A stretch of 63,706 nt of DNA, filler included, from Reticulomyxa filosa (taxonomy: Eukaryota > Protista > Foraminifera), in assembly GCA_000512085.1 (NCBI GenBank). It is 29 parts of 29 records of this genome, joined end to end, with 100 filler letters (N's around TTAATTAATTAA, not from the genome) between each part and the next. Parts side by side here need not be neighbours in the genome. Positions count along the whole stretch, not along the records: positions 1 to 1,404 come from ASPP01014069.1; positions 1,505 to 2,543 come from ASPP01012259.1; positions 2,644 to 4,860 come from ASPP01007417.1; positions 4,961 to 5,960 come from ASPP01045887.1; positions 6,061 to 7,114 come from ASPP01002076.1; positions 7,215 to 9,006 come from ASPP01020520.1; positions 9,107 to 10,362 come from ASPP01037035.1; positions 10,463 to 13,431 come from ASPP01012486.1; 21 more parts are not named here. One strand, given 5' to 3'. This document shows positions 1 through 13,634 of the stretch, piece by piece (the stretch's first letter is position 1; the number at the start of each line of letters is the position of its first letter). The position numbers were made by a program, and so were the translations under genes. The notes under the pieces were generated by a model, which ran no database searches, was not told where the DNA came from, and saw only the letters and a list, made by a program, of their open reading frames with translations.

Positions 1-42
1 TTTTTTTTTTTGTTGTTGTTGGGCCTCGAATTGTGTGTTGGA

Positions 43-1387
<1,345 letters not shown>

Positions 1388-1404
1388 TTAAAAAATAATA
1401 CGTT

Positions 1405-1504
1405 NNNNNNNNNNNNNNNNNNNNNNNNNNNNNNNNNNNNNNNNNNNNTTAATTAATTAANNNNNNNNNNNNNNNNNNNNNNNNNNNNNNNNNNNNNNNN
1501 NNNN
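1405..1504. other. Artificial contig linker (44N-TTAATTAATTAA-44N), first of 28
   Basis: Identical 100-nt spacers start at 1405, 2544, 4861, 5961, 7115, 9007, 10363, 13432, 15314, 16826, 23711, 25210, 26589, 27820, 29284, 30605, 35589, 40692, 43062, 44182, 45330, 46430, 48895, 50853, 52553, 58779, 59879 and 62347. The palindromic core puts TAA stops in all six frames. Confidence 0.99.
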
Positions 1505-1703
1505 GGGCCGGGGCCTGCGCCTGCTCGGGGCCGATGGTGCTGTTCTGCGGCGTGCCGAAGTAGAGGAAGCCGCCGACCAGGGCGACGCCCGCCAGGGCGG
1601 CCAGCAGGATATAACCGGGGCGGCCATTGTTCGGCGCCTCGTAAGGATCGGTGGGATCGTAGCCCGGACGACCCGGACCCAGGTTGGGATCGTAATTGCT
1701 CAT
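1505..1703 (-). CDS. Bacterial small single-pass membrane protein, 3'-truncated
   Basis: AAGGAGG Shine-Dalgarno before the ATG; Pro/Gly-rich N-terminus, then hydrophobic ILLAALAGVALVGGFLYF; GC-rich codons. Confidence 0.6.
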
Positions 1704-1813
1704 CTGGTCCTCCTTTTGCTGTGAACTGCAGGACCAACGACTTCTCGCGCCAGATGGTTTCGCCGGAGGGGGGTGCCTGCTACCCTGCCTTGCAAATTCC
1801 GGAGGTCTAGAAA

Positions 1814-2487
1814 ATGCCCGATTCGCTGCCCTTTTCGGCTCCCCCGAGGAACCGGCGCTGCTCGACGAGGCGGGCGCGCGGGCGCTGGTCGCCTCCTACG
1901 CGCCGGTCAGTGTGACCGCCGCGGTCAAGGACATCGGCCGCATCGATGCGCATATGGGCCGCTTCATCGCCCTGTCGCCGATCTGCCTGATCGCCACCGC
2001 CGATGCCCGGGCAAGCAGGACGTCACCCCGCGCGGCGATCCGCCGGGTTCGTTCAAGGTGCTCGACGAGAAGACGATCGCGCTGGCCGACCGGCCGGGCA
2101 ACAACCGGCTCGATACGCTGCGCAAACCTGCTGGAGAACCCCGAGGTCGCGCTGATCTTCCTGCTGCCCGGCGTCAACGAGACGGTGCGGGTGGCGGGCA
2201 CGGCGCGCCTGTCGGTCGATCCGGCTCTGCTCGACTCGATGGCGGTGCAGGGCAAGGCGCCGAAATGCGCCATCGTCGTCTCGGTGCGCCAGGCCTATCT
2301 GCACTGCGCCAAGGCGCTGCTGCGCTCGCGCCTGTGGTCGCCGGATTACGTCCAGCCCAAGGGCACCTTCCCCTCGATCTCGCGCATGGTCGGCGACCAG
2401 ATCGGCCTCAGCGAGGAGGAGAAGAAGAAGCGCGAGGCCGCCACCGAACACGCGTACAAGGAAGGACTATGGGCGCCTATACCGTAA
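1814..2487 (+). CDS. Bacterial pyridoxamine 5'-phosphate oxidase-like FMN-binding protein (MSMEG_1061 type); 3 apparent frameshifts, probably sequencing errors
   Basis: GGAGG at 1801-1805, ATG at 1814. Joining frames gives FIALSPICLIATADA-GKQDVTPRGDPPGSFKVLDEKTIALADRPGNNRLDTLR-NLLENPEVALIFLLPG...AYLHCAKALLRSRLW. The shifts fall in short C/G/A runs near 1843, 2008 and 2124. Confidence 0.85.
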
Positions 2488-2543
2488 CCGGCCAACGCGC
2501 CCGCCAGATGCGGGTCGTGCCGGCCGAGGTGCTGAAGCGCCTC
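2469..2543 (+). CDS. Possible start of next bacterial gene overlapping the PPOX stop (MGAYTVTGQRARQMRVVPAEVLKRL)
   Basis: AAGGAAGGA just upstream of the ATG at 2469; frame stays open to the contig end. Confidence 0.3.
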
Positions 2544-2750
2544 NNNNNNNNNNNNNNNNNNNNNNNNNNNNNNNNNNNNNNNNNNNNTTAATTAATTAAN
2601 NNNNNNNNNNNNNNNNNNNNNNNNNNNNNNNNNNNNNNNNNNNTGCTTTTGTATATTTATACGTTTTGTGTACACCATCCCGCATTACCAAATCCTCCCC
2701 CCCCTCCCTCCTCCTCCTTCTTTTTCTTCTTCTTCTTCTTCTTGACACAG

Positions 2751-3806
2751 TTAGTGGAGAATCGAAAAGCGATGACGCAGCTGTACTTCAATGGAAGTTC
2801 GAAGGGTGCGATCAGCAACAGTTTTGTTTCGAACAAGCGACCGAGGAAAACGAGTACTACATCAAATGTGTGCACAGTGGAAAATACTTGGATCTTTCTT
2901 GTAAAAGCATTGAAAATGGGACACCTATCCTTCAGCGTGGATTACACAAAGTTTTTATTTCTTTAAAAAAAAAAAAAAAAAGTGTGCACACAAAAGGGGG
3001 GGTAGACTCTTCTTTACTTATATGTGCGTGTGTGTGTTTGTGTGCAAAAGCGTGATTGAAATGACAACCCCAACCCCATTTGTTGTGACTGTGCTCAACA
3101 GGGTAAAACTCAAAAATTCCAGATGAAAATTCAACCAGATGGATCGTTTGAAATTGTGTCAAGCCACAGCGAACAGGTATTGGACATCAATCAAAGGTCG
3201 AAAGAATGTGGTGTGATTGTGCAACAGTGGCCAAGCATCGGCGAAAAAAATCAAAGATTCGAATTGTGTCCGGTATTGCTGCCTCAAAACCATTACAATT
3301 TGGAGCTGTGCCATTCTGGCTTGTTGCTAGATGTGCAAGAAGATACGTCACGTCGATCCAAAAGGGCCGTCCAATGCGCTATGCTCGAAGGAAAAAGTCA
3401 GCTCTTTACAATTGTCATGCTCGATGATGGATATTGTCTTATCAAGCATATTTACTCAGACTCAGCTCTTACTATTCAAAGTGATACCGATACCCCCAAT
3501 GAAGGCGCCAAGGTCATTCTGCGCAAATACAATGCCAATAAAAATAAGAAAAAAAGTTAGTGATTTTTTTTTTTTTTTTTTTGGAAAAGTACGTATCGCT
3601 TGTTCATTTTGTGTTGCTGTGTCATCACAGGAAGCCAACAATTCACTATTGCAGCTGTCGGTGGAGGCTGCTATAAGATTGCGTGTCGACACAACGGGTT
3701 GTGTCTGGGCGTGAGTAACGACGTCATTGAGGAGGGGGCCTTTTTGAGTCTGCTGGTTTGGAAAAATGAAGATAATCAAAAGTTTAAAATCAACCGTGCG
3801 GATTGA
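2751..3806 (+). CDS. Ricin-B (beta-trefoil) lectin repeat protein, 5'-truncated, 3 visible exons
   Basis: Repeated units: LQW..GCDQQQF..YYIKCVHSGKYLDL; HSEQVLDI..VQQW..KNQRF; HSGLLLDV; YKIACRHNGLCLGV..NQKFKI. GT-AG introns near 2951-3100 and 3556-3629; TGA at 3804-3806. Confidence 0.85.
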
Positions 3807-4260
3807 CGTGCATTTTTTTTTTTATTTCTATTTTTATTTGTTTGTTTGAATTGTTGGTATCTTTTTTGTAATTGTGAGCTTTTTTTTTTTTTTTTTTCTT
3901 TGCCTTAACAAAGGTAAAATTTTTTTTCTTTTTATCGGATGCTGTTTGTGTTAGAACATCTTCTGCAAGTGATACATATGCAAGCCATGCTTGCATTCCA
4001 CGTGAGAGTTTATCTCGGCTAAAGAAGGTTTAACACTCCAAACAATTTTATTGCATTTTTTTTAAAGTTACAAATTCACTTTTTTTTTTTTTGGGACGAA
4101 TTTTTATTGTACAATGTAAATAGCAATATTGTGTGCCGTTTTGTGTATTTTTTGGCTTTTATTAAGATGTTTGTGCACATTATAAGATCTTATCCTAAAA
4201 AAAAAAACAAGCTTTTTGTACCCCAAGAGCAAAAAAAAAAAAACACTGAAAGGGGTTTCA

Positions 4261-4723
4261 ATGCAACAAACATCTCGTGGTGGAAAAGCACGTGGGGTTC
4301 CTAGCCCACGAGCGATTACGCCAAGCCCAGATCAAAGCGTTCGAAGTCCAAAAGTTTTGTAATTGATGATATTTCAATCCATGATCCACTAAAGAACAAA
4401 AAACAAACAAACCAGCAATCGAACAATAATGCGGCCAGTCCCCGTGTAGTGCGATCGTTGTCTCCACCAATAAAAACAGGGAGCAAGCCAAACTCACCGC
4501 GACAGACAACACCAACAACAACACCAGTCGGAAAAGAAGCAAACGAAAAGCCATTGGTATGTGTGGAGTTGAATGAAAAATTGAAAGGATTCGATGGAAA
4601 CAATGACGGATATTTAAGTTTTAGCGAATTCAAATCATTTTTACAATCTTTGCAAATTCCAAATAGCCCATATATCACCACCTCTATGATTGAATATTTT
4701 TTCTCTGATTTTTGTACAAACCA
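4261..4723 (+). CDS. EF-hand protein with Ser/Pro-rich N-terminus, 3'-truncated
   Basis: ATG at 4261; intron near 4354-4414; canonical EF loop DGNNDGYLSFSE. Confidence 0.65.
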
Positions 4724-5005
4724 GTTATCGTTTCTTCAAAAAACAAAAGGAGAAAAAAAGGGGGGGATTCCAAAAAAAAAAAAAAAAAAAATATACATAT
4801 ACATATATTGTACATTATTATTTTTTTTTTCAAAAAAAAAAAAAAAAAAAAAAAAAAAAANNNNNNNNNNNNNNNNNNNNNNNNNNNNNNNNNNNNNNNN
4901 NNNNTTAATTAATTAANNNNNNNNNNNNNNNNNNNNNNNNNNNNNNNNNNNNNNNNNNNNTTTATTGCAAACAAAAACAAAACAAACAAATAAATATAAA
5001 AAAAG

Positions 5006-5960
5006 GAAGCAATGACGGCACTGTTTGAAGATCAGGACTTGTACGTCTTGGCGATGAATACTTTGTTGCATTTACTCAAAGACGACAATGAAAATGGCAA
5101 AGTTAATATACATATACACATATATACATATATGCATATATATATGTATATGTACATATATATATTTTTGTTTACATTTGTTATCTCTTGTTCATCATAT
5201 ACATACACGATGATTGGTGGGTGGGAATTGTAAAAGTTGTTTCGACACAAGCGTTGCAACTTTGCCGTATTTGGGCTACTAAAATCTTATGCACACGTGG
5301 AAGCGGCAGCGGAAGTGATAAGCAATCAAGTGGACGAAGAGTCGGTAAGCGACTTGTTATCTGCGTTAAGCGGGGAAAAAGAGTCGTATGAATATCGCAT
5401 GCGCTTATTGGAAGCATTGCAACAGATGATGAATAAATCAAACGGCGCGGCGGCCATCCATATCAAAAACTCTTGGCATAAACTAAGTGGATTCACTGCC
5501 ATACTCAGCTTATTTGCGTCATTCAATTGTCTGTGGCCAAACTGCAATGATGAAACGTCCCAATTGGCCATGAATTTGATCGAAAAAGCATTCGTTGTTA
5601 TCATTTCAATTGTCAAAGATTATCCGAAAAACCGCGCGAATTTGTGGTACTCTTGGAACAACATTGCTGACGCAATCATTGCCACGCGAGTATTGGAGTC
5701 TTCGCATTGCCAGAGAATGTTTCAAATCTTGTTTGATTTGGCTATGGAACAACAGCGTTGTGATGGCCATGAACAACAGTATTGCATCTTCGTTTCAAAG
5801 ACAGGCAGCACCTCGCCTTCCAAATTCCAAAGGGAAGCAAGCATTTGGAACAGTGTCACCAAAACAAGACATAACCCATCGCAAGAGTCAGAGTCGTTCT
5901 TTCTTAAAAATCCCGAGGCCATTTTGATTATTTTGAAAATAGCAAGTGTCTGTCAGGAGC
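5006..5960 (+). CDS. Internal fragment of a large alpha-solenoid protein resembling the N-terminal region of WDFY3/LvsA BEACH proteins
   Basis: Exons 5006-5101 and 5237-5960. LLSAL..RMRLLEAL..KNSWHKLSGFTAILSL..YPKNRANL..NIADAI..LKNPEAILIIL follows the recalled order of WDFY3 segments (RTVFRKVGGF, EPAN, LADAV, HPGAM). The BEACH domain itself is not on this contig. Confidence 0.5.
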
Positions 5961-6060
5961 NNNNNNNNNNNNNNNNNNNNNNNNNNNNNNNNNNNNNNNN
6001 NNNNTTAATTAATTAANNNNNNNNNNNNNNNNNNNNNNNNNNNNNNNNNNNNNNNNNNNN

Positions 6061-6225
6061 ACCTCCACAAATGAGGAGTTCGTGTTTGTGTAGCACACAT
6101 TGAGAATCTCTTAGTATAATGGGCAGCGCCTTCAAAGTTTGAAAGTTAGTAATAAGCTGTTGACTTTGTTTGGCTTGTTCAGTTTCTCTTTCAAAAGATT
6201 TTTGTGTTGTAGTTCGATTACTCAT
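6061..6225 (-). CDS. Kelch-like repeat protein of an expanded family, N-terminal fragment
   Basis: MSNRTTT...FQTLKALPIILRDSQCVLHKHELLICGG; close paralogue of 48995-49135. Confidence 0.7.
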
Positions 6226-6512
6226 ATTGTTAATGTTGCTGAAGTTTTTTAAGTTTGCTTTTTCTAAAAAAGGGGATGTGACCCTTTTAAGAAACAAAAA
6301 AGTGTTAAATTGATTTTTTTTATTTGGTTAATGACAATAAAAGAACTAATTGGTCACGTTTATTTGCTGATAAAATTAGACCAAATTGACTCTATGTTTT
6401 CAAATTATGTCGCACTAATTGGAAATGTCGGTTAATATTGTTACTATAAAAAAAAATAAAAACGAATAGTCAAAGATATGTTATTTAATATATGTTTATG
6501 TACTTGTATTTT

Positions 6513-6650
6513 TACATACTGAAAAAAAAACTGTTAGACATAAATGGCAGATCTATGAAGAGAATCGATTTTCTACATGAAAAATAAACATTTAAACATA
6601 ATTTTTTTAATGACTATTTAAAATGTTGTAGTTTTTAAATATAAAAATTT
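6513..6650 (+). mobile_element. Degenerate copy of the TA-CAGT MITE family
   Basis: Contains GAATCGATTTTCTACATGAAAAATAAACATTTAAACATAATTTTTTT and TGTAGTTTTTAAATAT, matching the copies at 9107, 24992, 48739 and 57549. Confidence 0.55.
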
Positions 6651-7312
6651 TCTTTTTTTTTTTTTAATTGCTATTTTAAAATTTTTTTGAAAAGAAATGC
6701 TAAACTTGGAAGATATTCTATTATCATGCGTTTTGAATTAATAAATATGTTTAAATGTCAGATTGTAGATTATTTTGAAAAATATATTTTTTTGATAAAA
6801 TAAGAATTTATTTATCTAAGTCAAATTAAAAGACTATGTTTAATAAAAACAATATCACGATTTGAATTTACTTGATTCAAAAGGAGTTATGAATGAAATC
6901 AGTTATAGAGTTGATAAAAAATATTAAAGAATGACATGCTAAACATTATGTTTTATTGTTTAGATATAAAAATAACAAAGCTCAAAAATATAAGTAAAAA
7001 TGCAAAAAAATTTACATCAAATAAAACTTCAAAGTTAAAATTTACATTACAAAAAATTTTTAAAACTAAGTTTTTAATTGTTGAGTTTTTTAAAAATTAC
7101 GAAAGATACAATGCNNNNNNNNNNNNNNNNNNNNNNNNNNNNNNNNNNNNNNNNNNNNTTAATTAATTAANNNNNNNNNNNNNNNNNNNNNNNNNNNNNN
7201 NNNNNNNNNNNNNNATAAGAGAGAGAGAGAGAGAGAGAAAGAGTTGTTAACGTTAAAAAAAAAAAAAAAAATTATATTATACACACACATACACACAATA
7301 AGGGGGACATAC

Positions 7313-7941
7313 TTGGATTTGAATTGACTTTGGAAGTGCGCGAGATGTAGGTTTCTTTTTCACTTTGCATTTGCTGAAACTCTTCGTCTCTCGGAAAAAT
7401 TACGCGATCGCTTTCTCCAGACACAAATATCGGGCCATTCCTGTAACGAATCTCGCTTTGCTTTTGCTTGTCCATTCCACATGTCGAAGCACTATACGTC
7501 CATTTCGGTTTATTTTGCATGTTCTGTCAAACACAATTGCATAACGTATACGTATTGTTTGTATGTATGTGCACGCGAGAGAAATATATAAATATATATA
7601 TACATATATTTATATGTATATGTATATTTGTGTATAATAAAATGAAAACCCTTTGTTGTAATTTGTACTCATACCCATCGTGCCATATTAATACCGTTGG
7701 CGTTGGAGCTCGTATTGTAATTTGCCTTTGTTAGTGCAAACAACTCATTATTTTCTTTTTTAGCACGAAAAGAGGGGATCTTTTTCCATATACCTCTTAG
7801 CCATGATAAACACGTTGCTGCTATGGTCAACAGCCACGTACAAAAGGATATCGATATCATTGTCCAAAGTAATGTGCTTTCTGTTTTGTTTTGTTTGTTT
7901 GTTAGATTTATTCAGTTTGTTTACTTTTTACTATTTCTTGT

Positions 7942-7972
<31 letters not shown>

Positions 7973-8238
7973 GCTCTGTTACCGCTGCAAATGTATTCGT
8001 TGTGGATTATCGATATTATCACTAGTTGGACTAATGTCTCTATACTGAACCAGTTGTGTTCAGCAAAAGGCTGTTCAACTCTTGGTTGGGCTATTGACGA
8101 GTAATTGCTTGAATTCGCCAGGTTTCTTTCAATCCATTTTCTACCAAAGCCTGAAAGAAGCCAACCCGTTGTTTTTCGGCGAGGTAATAATTTCAACGTT
8201 GATTTTAGTGACTTGGTTTCTGCGTTTCCATCCATCAT
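7313..8238 (-). CDS. Hypothetical multi-exon protein, 3'-truncated
   Basis: Three protein-like blocks (MMDGNAETK..., ..ITLDNDIDILLYVAVDH.., ..MQNKPKWTY..) separated by microsatellite-rich GT-AG introns; no family recognised. Confidence 0.45.
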
Positions 8239-8632
8239 ACTTTTTTTAATTTCAATTTATTGCGAGATTATATTTATTCAAAAAAAAAAAAGCGGATTTC
8301 GCCCTTTACCTCAACGAGAAAACTTGTGGGAACACTTTCACTTCTGAGAGACGCAACTCTCATACCAGCGTTTTCAGTCTATAGGATAAACTGATTCATA
8401 GACTTTAAAATTGCAAAAATTAAGTGCGGATGAACTTCACAAACATTTGCAGTGCATTGAAAAGATAATTTGATATCAGTGAAGAAAATGCCAATATATT
8501 TTTTTTTCCCGCCAACGATGCGTTTGATTATTTTAAGAGAATTGGTGCAGAACTGGTTTTTTTAAACAGGGTTTTTCCTCTGATAAACCAAGCTTCAAGG
8601 CGAGTGAAGTAAACAGCTTGCACTTTGGTGAA

Positions 8633-8740
8633 ATGGCGAAACAACAGCAATCGACAGAGCATCAAGATCACAAGCAAATGCAACGTGACCTTAAATTCGA
8701 TATGGAGAGATCAAATATGTTGAAGGAACTGGGCGACGCG
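8633..8740 (+). CDS. Putative first exon of a hypothetical protein, divergent from the previous gene
   Basis: MAKQQQSTEHQDHKQMQRDLKFDMERSNMLKELGDA followed by a strong GTGAGT donor at 8741. Confidence 0.35.
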
Positions 8741-9106
8741 GTGAGTTATTTGGAGTTAAGTGTGGTGCGACTAAAACCAAAGAAAAGTAAAAAATTGGAA
8801 CACAAACTAGTGATTCGTGAGGACTTTGTGCCAGTGGTTTACTTTTGCGATTGTTTGGAGCGAGCGTTGATCTTTGGTCTAAGAAGTTGCGAGTAACATT
8901 AATTGGAAAAAAAAGCTTTTGTGTTTTAAGATTGGAAAGTGGCATTGTCTATTTGGGGGGGGGGGGGGGGGGGGTACTGTTAAACATCAAAAAAAAAAAA
9001 AAAAAANNNNNNNNNNNNNNNNNNNNNNNNNNNNNNNNNNNNNNNNNNNNTTAATTAATTAANNNNNNNNNNNNNNNNNNNNNNNNNNNNNNNNNNNNNN
9101 NNNNNN

Positions 9107-9176
9107 ATTAGGTTTAAATCTTTATTTTTCATGGAGAAAATCGATTCTATGGCGGTTTTTTTTGCAATCTACTGTA
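9107..9176 (-). mobile_element. TA-CAGT MITE end at a contig edge
   Basis: Reverse complement reads TACAGTAGATTGCAAAAAAAAACCGCCATAGAATCGATTTTCTCCATGAAAAATAAAGATTTAAACCTAAT. Confidence 0.65.
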
Positions 9177-10463
9177 TTACTTTATTCTTCGTATTTATTT
9201 GTGAAATAGCAACATGCAAAGAAAAAACAGCTGTCGAAATGGGAAAATCAGAGACCGTTAATGATGGTTTACCTTTCGTTGAAAAAAATAAAATATAAAA
9301 ACATTAACAAATTCATAAAGCAAAATTCATTTCTAATTCAAAAATTTTAATTTTTTCTCATTAATAAAAACAACTTTAACCTAAATAAAAAAAAATAAAA
9401 AGTATTTTCTAGTCAATTTTTCGTTGATAATCCAAATAAAAGAAAAAATTCATTTTGGAATATCTATAATAAATAAAAATGCGTTTTTTCATTAAGCTTA
9501 ATTTTTCCATTGGGATAGATTGCAAAAAAAAAAAAATGTAAAAAAAAACCAAAAATTAAAAAATTGGTCGGTTTACATTTTAAATTTTCGTTTTTTTCAC
9601 GTTTTTTTTTTTAATGTATAAGTCCTTTTTTTATTCACTGAGCTATATTTATACGTCGATAAATTTTATGCATTACAGAAAAATTTTTTTTTGTGCAATT
9701 TAATTTACGTTTACTTTTTAATTTTAGTTGCATTTTATTAATAATAGTTGAAAATTGTAGTTTATTATTATTTATTTTAACGTATTTGCACTTATTTGAA
9801 TAACTGATGCATATTGCTGTTGTATTTTAAAAAAATTATAAAAAAGTTATTGAATTGAGCCAAAAAATTTTTAACCCTTGCTTTACAGAAAAAAGATAAA
9901 TAGTTTCCAGTAAATATGTATTCGATTTAAACAAAAAACCCAAAATTACATCTGAAAAATAAATATTTCTTTTTTTCATGTCGCATAAAGAAATCATTGC
10001 AATCTCCAGCATCAAAAAAAAGTGTAACATCAAGTGACAAAGAAACAAACACAAATACATTATAATGGTCACCGTCGTTGTCAAAACAGCTTTTGTTGAA
10101 TTGACCGAAGCAGCACCCAACCCAACCAAGTGTGTATAAACAAAACATAGAATAGTAATGTTTTGAATGTTTCCATCAACAAATTTTGCTATTCTTATTA
10201 TGTAATTTTCATCTAATGGTTGTCAATCAATATTTCGGCAACAAAATAATCGAAATGACAAAAATCAATATCGAACGCCTAAAAAAGGAAAATCTCAAAA
10301 ATCGTTTAAAAAAAGATTGTCAAATTTCATGACTACGAGAAAAACACGATTGTCAACTTTTTNNNNNNNNNNNNNNNNNNNNNNNNNNNNNNNNNNNNNN
10401 NNNNNNTTAATTAATTAANNNNNNNNNNNNNNNNNNNNNNNNNNNNNNNNNNNNNNNNNNNNC

Positions 10464-10499
<36 letters not shown>

Positions 10500-10519
10500 C
10501 TCTGATGAAACGTAAGAAC

Positions 10520-11514
10520 CTGACAAGAATTGGATTGTAGAATATCTTGTTGGTATTGTGCCAATTGTTGTTTCAAAAGTGAAATATCTCGATCTGTTCC
10601 CTCTTTCAATTGTAACTCCAGTTTGAGTTTCTCATTTTCCAAATTCAATTTTTGTATCTCTTCCTATTTGAATATATGACGTATATATATATATATGTAA
10701 ATATATATGTATATATATTCATATATATATGTATATATATTCATATATATACATATATATTTATATATATATGAATATATATACATATATATATACATAT
10801 ATATATACACATATATATACATATATATTTACATATATATGTATATATGTTCATTTCATTCAAATAAAAGAATAAAACCTGATTCTGTTGAATCGTTTGT
10901 TGTAATGCCTCAAATAATTTAATCATCAAATCAAAATGGAATTGCCCTTTTGAAGTCAAGTGATCTTGCAACATGAGCTTTGGACATGTATAACTGCATC
11001 CAAATTGCTTAAACCAACATTCCACCAGTTGTAAACAACAAGAATTTTCCAAATGCTCATGTACATGTTTCATCTTTCCTTTAAAATTGCAACTCATCAC
11101 AATCTCACTTTCTCCTTCTTCGTGTCCTCGTTGTGTCAATATTTGTTCATCTTGTCCTTGTTCAAATTGTCGTGGACATACCACGTCCAATTCTCCAATG
11201 TATCGCTTTGCCAATTTATTTGAAGAATACACGCAATTGTCATGCGGTTCGACTGGACACGAACCTGGATTCTGGACAAGGAATTTATTCAAACAATTCT
11301 CTCCAACGATTAATGTTTCGTCCAGATTCTTGTGTTGGAAACAGTCGATATCTATTGGATTGTTGGCAACTTGTTTACAAATTAAACAGATAAAGTCGTT
11401 AATATCGTCCTGTTTGTTCAACTGCAAAATCCAATCTTTGTCAAAACACTGAGACGACGACATCAAATCAGTATTTACATCTTCTTTGCCTTTTTCGTCT
11501 TCTTCATTACTCAT
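10520..11514 (-). CDS. TRAF-like RING-variant/zinc-finger plus coiled-coil protein (exons 11514-10879, 10663-10520), 3'-truncated
   Basis: [22 protein letters not shown]; then [36 protein letters not shown] (TRAF-type fingers); then a heptad-rich exon. The intron is a (TA)n tract. Confidence 0.75.
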
Positions 11515-12709
11515 TTCTTTCTTAATCTTCCTTTTATGTTTTGGTTTATTATATGCGTATCAATTATCTGGTTTTTTTATTTCATTCATTGGTGGCACCA
11601 TTGAACAAGAAATCTCAAAGTTCTAACTTCAAAATACTTGTATTACATTTATCATTTAAGATTGATTTAATACGTTTGTGAAAACCGGGTACTGCTATTT
11701 TATTCCTTTACCCTTTTCTATAAAATGCATTTATTCAGATCTAAGATACCCTTGCAATGACCAAAGAATATACGCCAATTCGCGCATAATTTTTCATGAT
11801 TTTATCCAGCCCACTCTGAAAAAAATGTTTTTGCATTTCGTTGTGTTTGCAAAAAGGTGAGAACCTTTACTTTTTTTTGATGGTTGATATTACTTTTTTT
11901 CTGATTATTTATATTGGAGACAATCGATTTTCGAATGAAAATAAATGTTTCTTTGATTAAAAGATCTAAAAAAAAATGAATTTTGTTTAATGAAGAAGTA
12001 TCTGTTAGACAAAACGCCGACATATCTTTTTGAAATTTCTTTTTACCTTTTTATGCTCAAACAAGATTTGTTAAACTTTTTCTTTGTACTACAGCCTAAT
12101 AAAAAGTATCATTAATTATGCACTATTTCATCAAAATCTGACATTAGTTTAAAGTAAACTGTTTATTTAAATTTTTCATTGTTGTTTTATCAAAGTAAAC
12201 AATTTAAACAAATAACAGTTTCTGATTCTTTGATTTTTTAAGAAAAGTTTCACACGTAATTTCGCAGTTCCAAAAAATATTATGTGTACGCAGCTTGGTA
12301 TTTAAGTATCAGTCAGTGTCAAAATAGCACTTTCACAAAGATATATTGAAAGATGTTAATAAAACAACTTTCATAGCAAACTTGGAACCTTCGTATGTAT
12401 AAAATAAGACCCTTGAACGTCTAATCCTTAGAATTATAATATTACGAAACATCGGCAATGGCTTCCATCGGACCAAATCTTCTAGAAACGGTTAATTGTC
12501 AATTACTTTTTATTTTACCGCACGGCATAGATTCTTATAGCTATAAATAAAAATATCCTGTTTTTTAATGTGCTCGCAACAAGTACTGCCAGGATTTTTT
12601 CAGAAAACAATAGATAGAAAAATGAGAATGAGCTAAATAAAAAACTTTCCATTGGTACGTAAAGTGCGAGGAGTGTTTGGTCAAAAAAAAAGAGGGAGTT
12701 TGTTTGAAT

Positions 12710-13378
12710 ATGAATATCTCAAGAAGATGGCTACTTTGCATTTCTTTTTCATTGACACTTGTTGCATTGCTTTTCTACACTCAGTTGATTAGCAAAGCGT
12801 CGCTTTTTTTTTTTGATATCACTCAAGACAACAATGTCGATAACGACTACAAAGACGTGGAGCAATGGACAACAGAGTTTTGGGAATCGAGAAAAAAGGA
12901 GGAGAGCACAGTAGTATGGAACAAAGTAAACGTGAGCATAAAATATTTGGATTTGGCGTTATGGCCCTATGTGCAATCAAAGAAAGAGTTGAGTGCATCA
13001 GAATTGACAAAGGTAGTAAATGGCCAATATCCGATCTATATCCACAGTGTGACACTAGACGATCGTTTTGAAGCGAATGAGGATAGCCGCAAACATAGGC
13101 AAAAGAGTACTCTGTCCATTATGCTCATGATCGGCTTACTGCGACAAGTATTCATGCAGTATTACAGTCATTACATGAACCCGCATTCGTTTCGAGTACT
13201 GGACCCCGTTCGATGGCTCCATCTTGCACATACCAGTCAAGGGCTCAATCTCTCGTGTACCCTCCATTTCAAAACCAGAGTCCCTCCTCTACGTATCGAC
13301 AAAGGACTCTGGGATTTTGCACGCAACGACGATATCAAATGGATTCATTCCGCATATCCAGGGCGCGTTTACACTGAA
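12710..13378 (+). CDS. Type II membrane protein, possibly a GT92/DUF23-like glycosyltransferase, 3'-truncated
   Basis: Short basic tail plus signal anchor (RRWLLCISFSLTLVALLFY), then a stem, then IYIHSVTLDDR resembling the VYSAYxDxR segment of GT92 proteins. No catalytic DxD is visible. Confidence 0.4.
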
Positions 13379-13380
13379 GT

Positions 13381-13412
<32 letters not shown>

Positions 13413-13634
13413 TTTTTGAAAAAAAAAAAAANNNNNNNNNNNNNNNNNNNNNNNNNNNNNNNNNNNNNNNNNNNNTTAATTAATTAANNNNNNNNNNNNN
13501 NNNNNNNNNNNNNNNNNNNNNNNNNNNNNNNGAAAAAAAAAAAAAAAAAGAAAAAAAAAAAAAAAAAAAAAAGATCGAAACGATATTATGATGCAAATAT
13601 ACAATGGATTTTTTTTAAAATGGGGGGGCGGTAG

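Noticed and set aside
1449-1460. TTAATTAATTAA recurring 28 times, superficially like a CRISPR repeat or regulatory palindrome
   Set aside because: Always embedded in 44 N on each side; it is a synthetic six-frame-stop linker.
1505-2543. Horizontal transfer of bacterial genes into the protist genome
   Set aside because: No bacterial-eukaryotic junction occurs within any contig; Shine-Dalgarno sites and codon style are fully bacterial.
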